A stretch of 55,286 nucleotides of DNA, filler included, from Sphacelaria rigidula (Eukaryota), in NCBI GenBank assembly GCA_964200075.2. It is 5 parts of 5 records of this genome, joined end to end, with 100 filler letters (N's around TTAATTAATTAA, not from the genome) between each part and the next. Parts side by side here need not be neighbours in the genome. Positions count along the whole stretch, not along the records: positions 1 to 10,978 come from CAXNAA020005590.1; 4 more parts are not named here. The stretch is one strand, 5' to 3'. The position numbers were made by a program, and so were the translations under genes. The notes below the pieces were generated by a model. The model did no database searches, was not told where the DNA came from, and was given only the letters and a program-made list of their open reading frames with translations. Each line of letters begins with the position of its first letter. Position 1 is the stretch's first letter. This document shows, in pieces, positions 1 to 11,078 of this stretch.

Positions 1-1626
1 TACACAAGTGTGTTCATACTCCACCTGTAGGAGCTGGATCGCATAGAAACTGATCTGTCTGACGTGTGAATTCATCATCCCGGACTGTTTTCTGTTTATC
101 TTGAGAAAGCACTCGCGCGGCGGTACCCAGGAGATAAAACCAACACGTAGTGAACTGCTTGATGAACATGTAACGATCTCCAACGAGCATCTCTTTCGCG
201 AGGTGACAATATTTTTGCCTCGGGCTTGAAAATGGGCCTAACAATCCTACTCATACCGCCGGTTTGGGAATGGGCCTCACACTCCTACTGCCACGATTTA
301 TGACAGGGGGATGTGTGGGTATTGATCCAGGCCTTGTACGACAACCAGTCAAAATCTAGGATTGTAAGTGCGAAATAGATGTTGTGCCCTCTACAGACAC
401 GAAGTACTTGGCATCGGAAGGCTTTCTGTACAACGATCCCCACTCCTATGGGGTTTTGTGTTTTTTTCTCTGAACATTTCCAAGGACAATCTCTTTCACG
501 ACTATCACCGTATAGCGGAGATGAGGTTTAATGATTTATGCCAGCGGCCCTCTTCCGGCTCGCTTTGTGTGGACCACCACCTTCATGTCGTGCTGTCCGG
601 AAAGCAGGTGTCCGACTTACGATGGTGCGCTACGTTATGTAGTAACGTCACGCTGAGTCCTTGACGGCACTGTCGGCCCGCTCAACTTCGCTAGTGTACT
701 GTGGCTTGATTACCGAGGTGTAATTCGAAATCACAACCTTCTGAAGGTCTTTGGAGCCATGCTACGAAAGGGGGGAAGGTGTGTCCGATTCCACGAAAAC
801 ATTATTCGAGTGAACCGCCCTTTCAGTGTAGTCTACAGTACTGATCAACCACGGTACAAGGGCATCAGTCTTCACGGGTTTTGACGGTTACATGCGGTGG
901 GATTTGCTACCATAGTAGGCGTATTTCTTCTGCTCACGTACGCAATGTCTGGCTGGGAGGCTCCGCTTGTCACGGTGTTGGGTAGCCTCACCAGTTCTCT
1001 TCCCTATCTTCCTTCTTTTTCTCCTCTTTGACTTGCTTCGTCAAGCCATGTCATACTACTCTTCTACAAAAACATGATCGGCTCGGCCGTGTCCCTTGAT
1101 CGACTTCATCAGTCGTGTCCAGCTGTCCCTGTGTACGGATCACGTATCAAAGAACACGTTGGAGGGCCATTTGATGCGCCAACGGGTTGTGGTTCAAACC
1201 TTCGACAACGATGGCGGGACCAAGGGACGTGGTCATACCCCCATCAGCGACCGGGGACGACGCAGACTTTAGAGGCAGTATGTGTAAAGCAAAGGCAGCG
1301 ATGTCCCGATTAGAGCACGGGGCACTGCCCGCGGACTGGGAAAAGTCAGGTGGTGAGACGCACCTCACCACGCGCTCGGGATTTGGGACTTCCCGGCGCA
1401 GAACGGTCGAACGATCAGTTCAGGCCAGCTCTGGGGAGTGGGCTTTGTTCTTGAGCTATCCACTGCAGCCGTGGGAGACGTGTTCTGCGAAAACGACGTC
1501 ACCGCTCAGCTGCAACACTGTGCAGGGGGCGCGCGCCCTCTACCTTGTGCGCGGAAAAGGGGTAAAGAAGATTCATCGCGAGAAACATGTCCCAAACGTG
1601 AGTACTACACCGAATGGAGTGGTGCC

Positions 1627-1887
1627 TTTAGACCTCTGTCACCCAAGATCAGATCGCCATGTGGACTCCTCCCATCACGGGCGCATGGACTTCAGCAGCT
1701 TTAGTTATTCACGTATCAACCCTTAGCATAGTACAGGGAAAAAGCACCATAGCCTCTCTCCACCAGAGTAGCAAAACTAAGCCTGCACGTCATGGAGGTC
1801 ACCCATCACAGAGTCCGGCAATCCGACCCGCAACTCCACCTACACAATGTCCCTAACCATAGGTAACAATGGTGGCTAGAGCCTACA
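1627..1887 (-). repeat. 3' LTR (261 bp)
   Basis: Matches 5989-6248; reads TTTAGAC...GCCTACA on plus; PPT adjacent. Confidence 0.85.
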
Positions 1888-4110
1888 GCACCCCCAAAGC
1901 TCTCTACTACCAACAAGTAGTTACAACAGGGCTTGACAAACTCAGACATCATTGGTGCCTGATAGTACCGTCGTTTTCCGCAAAGAATAACAATCTCTTC
2001 CGCTGCTTTCGACAATAGCTCCATACAAGCTTGCCCCACTTCCGAACAACTCGCAAGAGATCCCAAGAAAATACCGTCCATCATGAACATGCAATCACGC
2101 TACTTGCACCACTTCGAGTTACAAAGCGATAGCTAGCGCAAAATTCTCAAATCTTCGCTCCATACAAGTCTCTCGACTCCTCATCGGCACGGAACCGGAA
2201 ATGTCAGCGAACGTCAAATTCCCGAGCATTCGTGACTCATCGTCCCTCTCATCCGAGACAAGTTATTCCTCAACATACAAAATGCACTCTTTGTACGTTC
2301 AACACCTGCGCAACGGAATGCAACAGCCAAATTATACATCATCCTCACACTTGAAGGAAATAAGCACCCAACACGTCTAAAACGCACCTGGCCTCTTGCT
2401 TCTGCAACACGGTAAAAAACGTATGCATCGCATGCCTCCCCGCCGTCACCGCTTCAATGCTTCAACTTGCCATCATTTTATAAAGACCATCAAAGGAAAG
2501 CCATGACTCAATCCGCTATCCAAGTCATGCATACTAATCCAACGACGGAGAACGGACCTCGATCTCCGCCATCGTTGATCACCCCTCGTGATCTCGTTTT
2601 CGAACTCTTGTTTTCGAGCAAATCCCAGATATTTCTATATCTCGCTTGGATCTTGGACCCTCATATCCCATCCGTGCATCAGCCAAAATGTAGAAATAAT
2701 GAATCCCTAGACACTCTTGCAGTCCACCTGCACCAGTTCTTCGAATAAATGGACGCATCATCCACACGCTCCTTCTGATATGAACGAAAAGCCAACCACG
2801 TGCTCGTTCAAACACGTGACAATCCACACAAAAACGTGCCACGGTCAAAGATCATTGATGCATGCGCGCATAATGTCTTCATCTCCAACCACCGGAAGCA
2901 CTCGCGTCATACCTGCTCACATACGACGACCCTACGCATTTCGTATCTTTCAGCTCATTTTCACTCTAACAGCAGGTGTCACCGTCTCCTACAGTCAGTA
3001 CGAGCCTACACATTTCGTAGTTTTTTGCTCATTTTCACGCTAACAGCAGCAATCCATATATCCTGCAGTCAGTGCGTGCAAACCGCCCGAATGTGATTCG
3101 ACTGTGTTCCTGCGCGAACAAGATTATACGAGCTTCACTTAATTTAGCATACAGCAGTATATTGTAAACTGCCCCACCGTAGGTCGTCACCAGATACCAC
3201 TCATATCAGTACCATTCGAGCAAAAATTCGCAAATGCCTGCCAGAATTCCACTCAGCACATGAAAATCCGCACATGTATGCCAAAATTTCACTCAGCACA
3301 TGCAATGCGACCTTCCTCGCAGCAAACACCATGCATCGCCCGTGCCAACCAGATCAGCACAACACACACATGCCAAATATCCACGTGTACGCCAGAATTT
3401 CACCCTGCATGCGCGATACGATCACACTCGCTCAACAACCATGGTTCATGCGTAAACATGACCACAAACCACCCAATAACAAGCTGCAATCATTTTCAAA
3501 ACGATTCCCGAATACCAGTCATGATGTGTTTTCCCATTCTCAACAAGCACTCAATCACCTTAGCACTTGTTCCTCAACATCAGCACCCAACTCGGCGCTC
3601 ACCACAACAGCAAACACCTCAGGTAATGCCTTCTTTGTATTCCTCCAGCCCGCTCCTGAGAAACAGCAGCACTCGAACCATAACCCCGTGCACAGCATAG
3701 AGCAGCGTTTCCCCTCGAACACTCGCTCCTCGCGCCACGAGTCCAGCTATAGCTCGCACCCTCGTGGAGCCTCTCAGCTCGCCACTAAACGGTATATCCG
3801 CACCGCCGAACCAATGCGACAAGCCATCTGCCTCCACAGATACTTGGGCAGTACGAAACACCTGTGCTTCAGTCAGTTTTACAGAGAAAACGCGAGGCGA
3901 AACGGGAACAGATAGATTCACCATGAGCACGGTAAGCTCCTTGCTCACCCTGCTCGTTCGCAATACGCGAAAAACACCCCCCTGAAGCTTTGAGCATGCA
4001 GGGAGTATCTCCAGCTACGCGCTGGTCCGGTGGCAACAAGCAACTGGGACCTCCGCCCACCAGTACTTGCTCATTGGGCCATGTAGGCCTCGCCCTCTCA
4101 ACATCGCCTA

Positions 4111-4310
4111 CAGCAGCAGACACTTTCTACGATAGCCCCCCCCAAAACCAGCCCAAAAGTGTCACGAACAAAATGGCCATACAGCGCCTGATCCTTGGGT
4201 TCACGCTGCATGAAGCGCCTCATATTGGCATTTCGATTTACGTGAAGATTTTGCCTCCCAAAACCATGCACTTTTGGGGGGGGGGCTATCGTAGAAAGTG
4301 TCAGCAGCAG
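4111..4310. mobile_element. 200-bp MITE, Tc1/mariner-like (TA TSD)
   Basis: TIR core GACACTTTCTACGATAGCCCCCCC / GGGGGGGCTATCGTAGAAAGTGTC; flanked by TA at 4109-4110 and 4311-4312. Confidence 0.8.
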
Positions 4311-4599
4311 TATCACCTATACTCGCTACAGCCGCCACCTCCTGTCCGACTTGCTCCTTGACGATAATAGCGGCAACGCCTCTAGGGCTTTCGTGTCTGT
4401 CCCCTCGTACTAGCGATGGCTGTGTGCCTTATTCACCTTTTCTAACAGCCGTGCCAGCGGCTGCTAATTCAGCACCGACTACTGTACTCTCACTGTTCTT
4501 GCGGCCCAGTGCGTCTCTTCGGACAGACACATGCGTCGTCACCTTCGCGCCCCTCAAAGTGGCACCGCGTTGTTGCTTCAGTCGCGGGCGAGCGGTTTC

Positions 4600-5060
4600 T
4601 ACTACTGCACGCTCCGCAGATGCACTATCGTGCCTATCCCCTCGGGCAGACACATGCTTCTCGGCTTTCACAGTTCAAGCATCTGCCCTGTATCGTTTCA
4701 GACGCAGACCACCTATTGCACGTTCGGCGGGTGCACTGTCGTGCCTGTCCCCTCGGGCAGACACATGCTTCTCGGCTTTCACAGTGCAAGCATCTACCCT
4801 GTATCGTTTCAGACGCAGACCACCTACTGCACGTTCGGCGGGTGCACTGTCGTGTCTGTCCCCTCGGGTAGACACATGTTTCTCGGCTTTCACAGTGCAA
4901 GCAGCTGCCCTGTATCGTTGTTTCAAACATGCACCACCTACTGCACGTTCGGCAAGCGCACAGTCGTGCCTGTCCCCTCTGACAGACACATGCTTCTCGC
5001 CCTTGACAGTGCATGCGAGAGCGCTCTCGTGCCTGGCCCCTCTGACAGACTTGTGCTGTA
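4600..5060. repeat. 111-bp tandem repeat, about 3.5-4 copies
   Basis: Unit repeats as 37 aa (TARSAGALSCLSPRADTCFSAFTVQASALYRFRRRPP) in ORF 4298..5152. Confidence 0.9.
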
Positions 5061-5988
5061 TGACAAGTGCGCGCTTGAGAGTGCGATGCACCCCACCGGG
5101 CGACGCATGCTTGCGCAACGCGGAAAGCAGCTGCTCGTTCTCAACATCATGAGCATGTTTGAAGAACATTTTACACGGACATATCGCAATATGAATCGGC
5201 ATGAGATCAGAAACTGCTGCCACCTCAAAAAGGTTTGTCCACCGCGCGTTCACCTGATTTACATCTCGCACATATTGCTCGTATTTCCGTTAAAACAAGG
5301 CCGACTTCTCGCTCGAAAAACTGGGGCCATAGTACAGCACCTCCAGGGCCAGTACAGGAACAACACGACCATCGACGATGACATATTCCTGCGCCACATC
5401 ATTTTGAACTGCCTGACAGGCTTTGCCGCTACCTCCACGCTGCCCATCAAGCGCCGAGCCACCACGACATGTGTACATGGTGGAAAATCACAAAGCAGCA
5501 CCTCAACAGCTCAACAGCCGTTCCAGAAAAACCGGCGTTGATTCTCAATCACAGAAACAACAATTTTCCATACACCAAGACGCGCTAGGCCACCAAACGA
5601 CTATGGACACAGCGCCTCTTCCTCACGCAGGTCTCACCGTGTTTCAAGTCCTTAGAGGGCTCTTCCTGACCGTACCTGGCCAAGCGTGGACTAAGCAACC
5701 CTCACTGGCTCCACTAGGCACTAATTGCGCCGCTTTTTTTGGAACTCTCACGGGCTCGCCAGCTGTCGATCAACCCCGCGCACCTCACGCACGAGCGATA
5801 CCACAGCCCACCCTAGCACTGCCTCAGAACCTTCTCGGCTCTACTTCTCCAACTCCTCGCGACGTTAACACGCCTTGAGCTGGTCTTGTTTGCTGCACAC
5901 TGCTCAGGCCTGCAGACTGCCCTATCTTGATGTGTCAGCTGCTTTTCAGCGGATCTACCGCCAGTCAGCGGACTTAATGAACGTTCAT

Positions 5989-6248
5989 TGTAGACTTCTG
6001 TCACTCAAGATCAGATCGCCATGTGGACTCCGCCCATCACGGGCGCATGGACTTCAGCAGCTTTAGTTATTCATGCATTAACCTTCAGCATATACAGGGG
6101 AGCAGGACCATAGACTCTTTCCACCAGAGTGGCAAAATCAAGCCTACACGTCATGGAGGTCACCCATCACAGAATCCGACAATCAGACCCGCAACTCCAC
6201 CTACACAATGTCCCTATTCCTAGGTAACAATGGTGGCTAGAGTCTACA
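5989..6248 (-). repeat. 5' LTR (260 bp)
   Basis: Perfect 7-bp inverted termini TGTAGAC...GTCTACA; matches 1627-1887. Confidence 0.85.
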
Positions 6249-8140
6249 GACTCCACCTCTGTGACCGGTTGCGGGCCCCGCCACCTCACCAGTGTCAGCA
6301 CCTTCAGAATATTATGCGGACCCCTCTCACCGTCTGCCGATATTTTCCCGACTAGCCCTAATTTGCGTCAGCCTTTCTTTGGAGGTCCTTGGCTCCATCT
6401 CGAGTAGATCCCGCCCTTCAGCGGAAGAAGTTCAGCTGTAGCAGATGCACACACTGATGCACCACGCATATCCGATGCATCACTATCCCTTTGCTGGAAT
6501 GTGTTATAGTGAACCCTTGTCACGAGGCGCTTGTTTTGGCGTTTCAGTGACGGTGGCCCCATCCTCGACTGCACAGTCGTTGTTTAATCTATACCTTTCA
6601 CGGAGGGTGGAATGTTTAAGGTCAATCGCCCCGTACCTTTTAAATTTCCAACCGTCACCCGCATCTCGGTTCCTTGGTCAGCAGAAAATGGTTGTGTAGT
6701 GGTATAACTTGCAAATTAATCGTCTGAAACCGCATCGTTACTAATCGGCTTCGTTTTCGGTACCGTGTACACTGTCACTATGGTTGATCAGAATCAACTG
6801 AGAATGCAGGTGCTCCGAGCTCCTCTCCCCTGTCGTTGAGAAAGGCTCGAGACGATCTACGAGAATCCTTGTCTATTGCTTGCATTCACTGACTCCACCT
6901 TCAATGTCGATTAACGAAAGCGCATTCGTAATCTATGCGCCGAGTTTCGGCTTGTCTTTTCCCTGTATGTGCAGGAACTGGGAACTTGCGCCTGTGGTGG
7001 ATACTTGTCCTGCATCGGAATATTCAAGTCCCATAGACAAGTCCCCGTACCATTCGAACCACCGCACCGCCAACGCCATGGAGAGATATGTGAGAGACAT
7101 ACTAGAATGGAAGGTCAGTGAAGAACGGCTTTGCGCGTGGGTTTCCCCGTCATGCAGTGTGACACAGAAATGATTCACCTCGATTTTGCGTTGACTACCG
7201 CAGCGCCATCAACTAGTATCTAATCGGCGAATCTTGGCCCCTCCCCAACAGGGATACGTACCTTGACACCGTTGGCGCTCGCTTCATCATCGTGGCGGGT
7301 GTCATGTCGGCCTTGTGGCAACTACCAGTGGCAACTGGGGTCGTACACAAGATTGCTTTCGCTACTTCTGGTGAATGTGCTTTCATATATGCCGCTTGCA
7401 GTCATGTCTGCACCCGAGTTGTATCAGAGTGTTATGTCCATTGTTTCTGGACATCTCGATCCAGACATTGGTGATACAAACGAACGACAGTCTCCAGTTG
7501 TTGTCAGCATTTGTTTAACTCTACAGTGCAGGTTGATCACTGAACTAGGCAAATAACAAAACTTTCGTCAACGAGTACGAAATTTCACTATTTCGGGTGG
7601 GACCTTTCATTCTACTTATTATTTGACTGCCATTCACTTGTGCACGAGCTCGTTCATATTCATTTACTACAGGTCGATCCTTTCATATCTGTTTATAAAG
7701 TACTCAAGCTCCAAACCGTCTCACCGTTATTCTTGTAACAATCGTAAGCTCACAGCACGTGGGGAGACAGTCCAACGCAGTACAGTACACGTCGATCGTC
7801 AGGATATCTTTGTTCACAGCTTCAGGTGATTCCATTTTCTTTCGTTCCTTGGTGGTGTTGATAACCAGACCTTCTCGAGAAGTTCTGAACACCAGGGCAT
7901 CATAGCATTGCACCGATTCTTAGAAAGAATCGGATTCAACCAGATGTAAGAGGCATGCTTTTATGTACTTCGTATGTCGACGGATTACTCAACATCCTCA
8001 CCCCTGACTGCGGGTACTAGCCAGTTCCCGTAATCAGCCCTCCAGGCGCGTATCTTCGTTCCGAATCAAGGGCCCATCATTGTACTGTCCCCCTTTCCAC
8101 CGCATCACGCCGCGACGCCGCGATCCGTAAAAGTGGTACT

Positions 8141-8440
8141 TTGTGCTACATTGATGATATTCGTTGTATCATTGACACGTTGTACCAACCACTCAAGTCC
8201 CTTCCTCTTACGTTTACTGCTTAAAAAACAGCAGGTGTAACCGTCAAACCAACCAAAATCCATTTTGGTCTTAAAGAAGTCACGTATCTAGGGGACGTCA
8301 TCATCCCCGAAGGTGTCTCAATCGGTGAAGACCGTATTAAAGCACTATGCGAGCTAAGCCTTTTACTTCTATCAAACGACTTCGGTTTGTTTTACGGATG
8401 GTGAACTACATAAGGCTATTTGTTAAAGATGACGCCGACG
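8141..8440 (+). pseudogene. Ty3/Gypsy reverse transcriptase remnant
   Basis: Translates LCYIDDI...TA*KTAGVTVKPTKIHFGLKEVTYLGDVIIPEGVSIGEDRIKAL, then after a frameshift MVNYIRLFVKD. YxDD motif with an in-frame stop. Confidence 0.85.
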
Positions 8441-8459
8441 ATGTCCCGGCACCTCTGCG

Positions 8460-8960
8460 AGCTGTAAATTGAAGTTGGAAATGGATTTCCCACCGCATTT
8501 TGAGAGTTAAACTTCAAAATTTGATGAAAAGTGTCGCAGGGAAAAATGTTGAGAATGCACTCAGCACGTACGTTGAGTTTTTGTGTTCACGAATCAAGGG
8601 CAAAAACAAGATTCAGTTTTCACAAACATGTTCTTTGTTCATGAAAAAAGAAGGTAGACGCGTAGACTAATTTCTTCAGTTTCGCCCCTGCGATACTCTA
8701 CACCAGGTTCAAAGCACAACTCTCCAAACTGAGGAGAGAAATCCACCTTTCACAACTATCTAAACCCATCACCTTTTTTAGTGCATGAAGTGTAATATCT
8801 TCAATATAATATGAAAATGTAATACGTCATATCGCTCGATGTATGACGGATTAGGTGAAGGGGAGGGTATCGATCGTCTGCCTTTCCCCTAAGGAACCCG
8901 CCGGTTACATGTGACTGGGTTTCATAGAGGCAAGGATCGAAATATCGTGATACATCAGAA
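8460..8960. repeat. Non-coding dispersed repeat, probable DNA-transposon relic
   Basis: Inverted similarity to 34510-34700 (e.g. ATTAGGTGAAG.GAGGGTATCGATCGTCT and AGCACAACTCTC.AAACTGAG). Confidence 0.6.
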
Positions 8961-9182
8961 TGATGCCGCGATAGCCCCCCCTCCCGAAGGACTGGCTGGT
9001 TTGAGGAGACACAAGCTTCATGTGAACCAAAATGACAGAAGCCGATTACACCAAGCAGCTGGGAACTCCCAAGCTTGGGATCGTTTTCGCCAACGCCGCC
9101 CACATGAGGCGCTTTATACAGTTTGAAACCAGCTATCACGCGCTGTTTGACCGCTTTCTACGTGACTGTCTTGAGGTTGGTT

Positions 9183-9278
9183 TGTGTGTGTGTGTGGGTA
9201 TTCATTTCTTGCTTGCCTTGGTCGTTTGACCATTGACCACGCATCCCTTTCGAGATGGAGCATCGTTCCTACTCCAAT
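9183..9278 (-). repeat. Short dispersed repeat (~75-bp body plus simple-sequence tail), copy 1
   Basis: Reverse complement is nearly identical to 21171-21245 and 38103-38170. Confidence 0.8.
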
Positions 9279-9381
9279 AAAGACACCTCCGACATTTGAG
9301 CGCTCATTACGTTTCTTCAATGCATTACAAATATATTTCACAAATCTCATTCCCGCTCTGTTCCGCCGTCCGTGGCCATCA

Positions 9382-10978
9382 TGTATCTCCTGGTGGGCTA
9401 GGGCTTTAAGCCTCTGCCAGGCAATCTGGACAAAAGGACTATCCACGAGGGACTCCCCCAGCAGCACTGGCCTCGTGCTCGACAAGTCCTTTCTTCTCAC
9501 TTGTTATTTTCACGATCCAGAAACAGACCACATCATGAGCCAGACAGCAAGGGGTCACACAGATAAGGGCTATCAATCCAGGATCTCCTGTCCCCTGCCA
9601 CTGCTCCAATCATGCATGCGACTATACTGAAACCTACGGCTTGGTATTTGGCTACAGCACCCCCAAAGCGAGTTTAAGACAAACGAACGAGCTTGACAAC
9701 CAATAAAAAACCAAGGCGAAATCGCGTGCGCCAGATCACAAAGAAATACCATACTTCCAACGCTAATTTACAGGTCAGCGCCTGGGTCAGCCGCATTTTA
9801 CGTAGTTCCTTCAAAACAAATTCAGGCGCAGAAGAATGGATCTTGCGAAGAGATTCCCACGTACGTTCTTTAGCACCGAACCCTTCCCAATCGACCAAAA
9901 CAATGACATCACCATTGTCATCCTCAGCGACGTGCACCAAAGCATTCATCCGACATTCATCTTGAGCATACGAATGCGGAAACACGTCGTTTAGTTCCGC
10001 AGTGACGTGCAACTGCGAGTCAGCATAGATACGTAAACAAGCGACATGGGTCGAGTGCACTGCGCCAGAAACAATGTTTTGCACCGAATACGCGTGAGCG
10101 TGATTGGCGCCGACCACTCGCCACGGAACTGTCCACGTGGACATCAACTTTGGCGTCACACCTTGCCTCCGAACACGGGCATACAATACGAAATTGCCAA
10201 CTGCAAACTTGGGCAACACAGCCTGGCCCTGAGCAAGCTTTTTGGTTCGGCGAGACACCGCGACAGCAGCTTGCACTTCGTTACAATACCGCACTTGCTC
10301 GTCAACCACACCTCGAACCTTGTCACGCAGCGTATCAGCATCCATGACATCGACGTTCCACTCGCCGCCAGTGACAGAAGCTAGCGCGGAAAATGCTGTA
10401 CGCGGCGTACGCCCAAACGTCACACAATACGGAGTGTTACGGTAGCGTTCACGAAAAGAAGTATTCAACTCCCACTGAGCGGCTGGCAGAACATCAACCC
10501 ATTCAGACACCGGCCGTCGCTGTCCCGACAAAATAGATCGCAACGCACGAATAACCTCTTTCACTATGCGTGCACAAGCACCATTCGACCAAGGGGTATA
10601 CGCAACAGTAGATTGGTGTTGCACCTTCAGCGCATCGCTCAGCTGCGCGATCACTCGATTCTTGAAGTGCGTGGCGGTATCACTGACCCAAACACGCGGC
10701 ACCCCCCCCAGAGTCTTGCATCAATGAAGCAAGTGCTTAGCCATAACCTCGGCGGTACAAGCCTCGGTCGGCTCCAAGCAAACGAAATTGGAAAAATCAT
10801 CCATGATAACCAAAACGTACCCGGAACCTTCTCCCCAGGCAAACCATTAGCACCTTCAGGTCCGCTACTTCCGACGTACAGAAAATCAAAGTGAACAACT
10901 TCACCTGGCGCAGTACCATGCACAGTATCGTCATACGGACGAGGTACAATCTCACCAGCACGAGTGTCTATACAATGC
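9382..10978 (-). mobile_element. 3' part of a chromodomain-bearing Ty3/Gypsy LTR retrotransposon, truncated at the contig end
   Basis: Integrase and chromodomain ORFs; PPT at 9657-9669; putative 3' LTR at 9382-9656 with TGTA...TACA termini. Confidence 0.85.
9674..10977 (-). pseudogene. Gypsy integrase plus chromodomain, frameshifted
   Basis: VVHFDFLYVG (first D), WVSDTATHFKN (second D), YTPWSNGACAR (expected catalytic E appears as A), chromodomain VLVDWEGFGAKERTWE. Split between ORFs 10651..10923 and 9674..10702. Confidence 0.9.
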
Positions 10979-11078
10979 NNNNNNNNNNNNNNNNNNNNNN
11001 NNNNNNNNNNNNNNNNNNNNNNTTAATTAATTAANNNNNNNNNNNNNNNNNNNNNNNNNNNNNNNNNNNNNNNNNNNN
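10979..11078. other. Artificial contig linker N44-TTAATTAATTAA-N44
   Basis: Exactly 100 bp; the core has stops in all six frames. Confidence 0.98.

Larger units (their letters stand above)
1627..6248 (-). mobile_element. LTR retroelement with paired LTRs and no recognisable intact gag-pol (non-autonomous or decayed)
   Basis: Direct repeats at 1627-1887 and 5989-6248, about 90% identical by manual count. Termini TGTAGAC...GTCTACA. A minus-strand polypurine tract (GCTTTGGGGGTGC) abuts the left LTR at 1888-1900. No TSD seen. Confidence 0.8.

Noticed and set aside
303..735. Possible PPT plus 3' LTR (TGTG...CACA), with a short direct repeat at 231-290
   Set aside because: No second copy or clear adjacent pol domain in the window.
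1187..1626. Gypsy RNase H-like remnant (LPADWEK)
   Set aside because: Too degenerate to support without a profile search.
5200..5541. Gag-like stretch TIDDDIFLRHIILNCL on the plus strand
   Set aside because: Opposite to the orientation implied by the PPT, and only a short resemblance.
11023..11034. Recurring TTAATTAATTAA as a biological motif
   Set aside because: Always centred in N-runs; an artificial linker.
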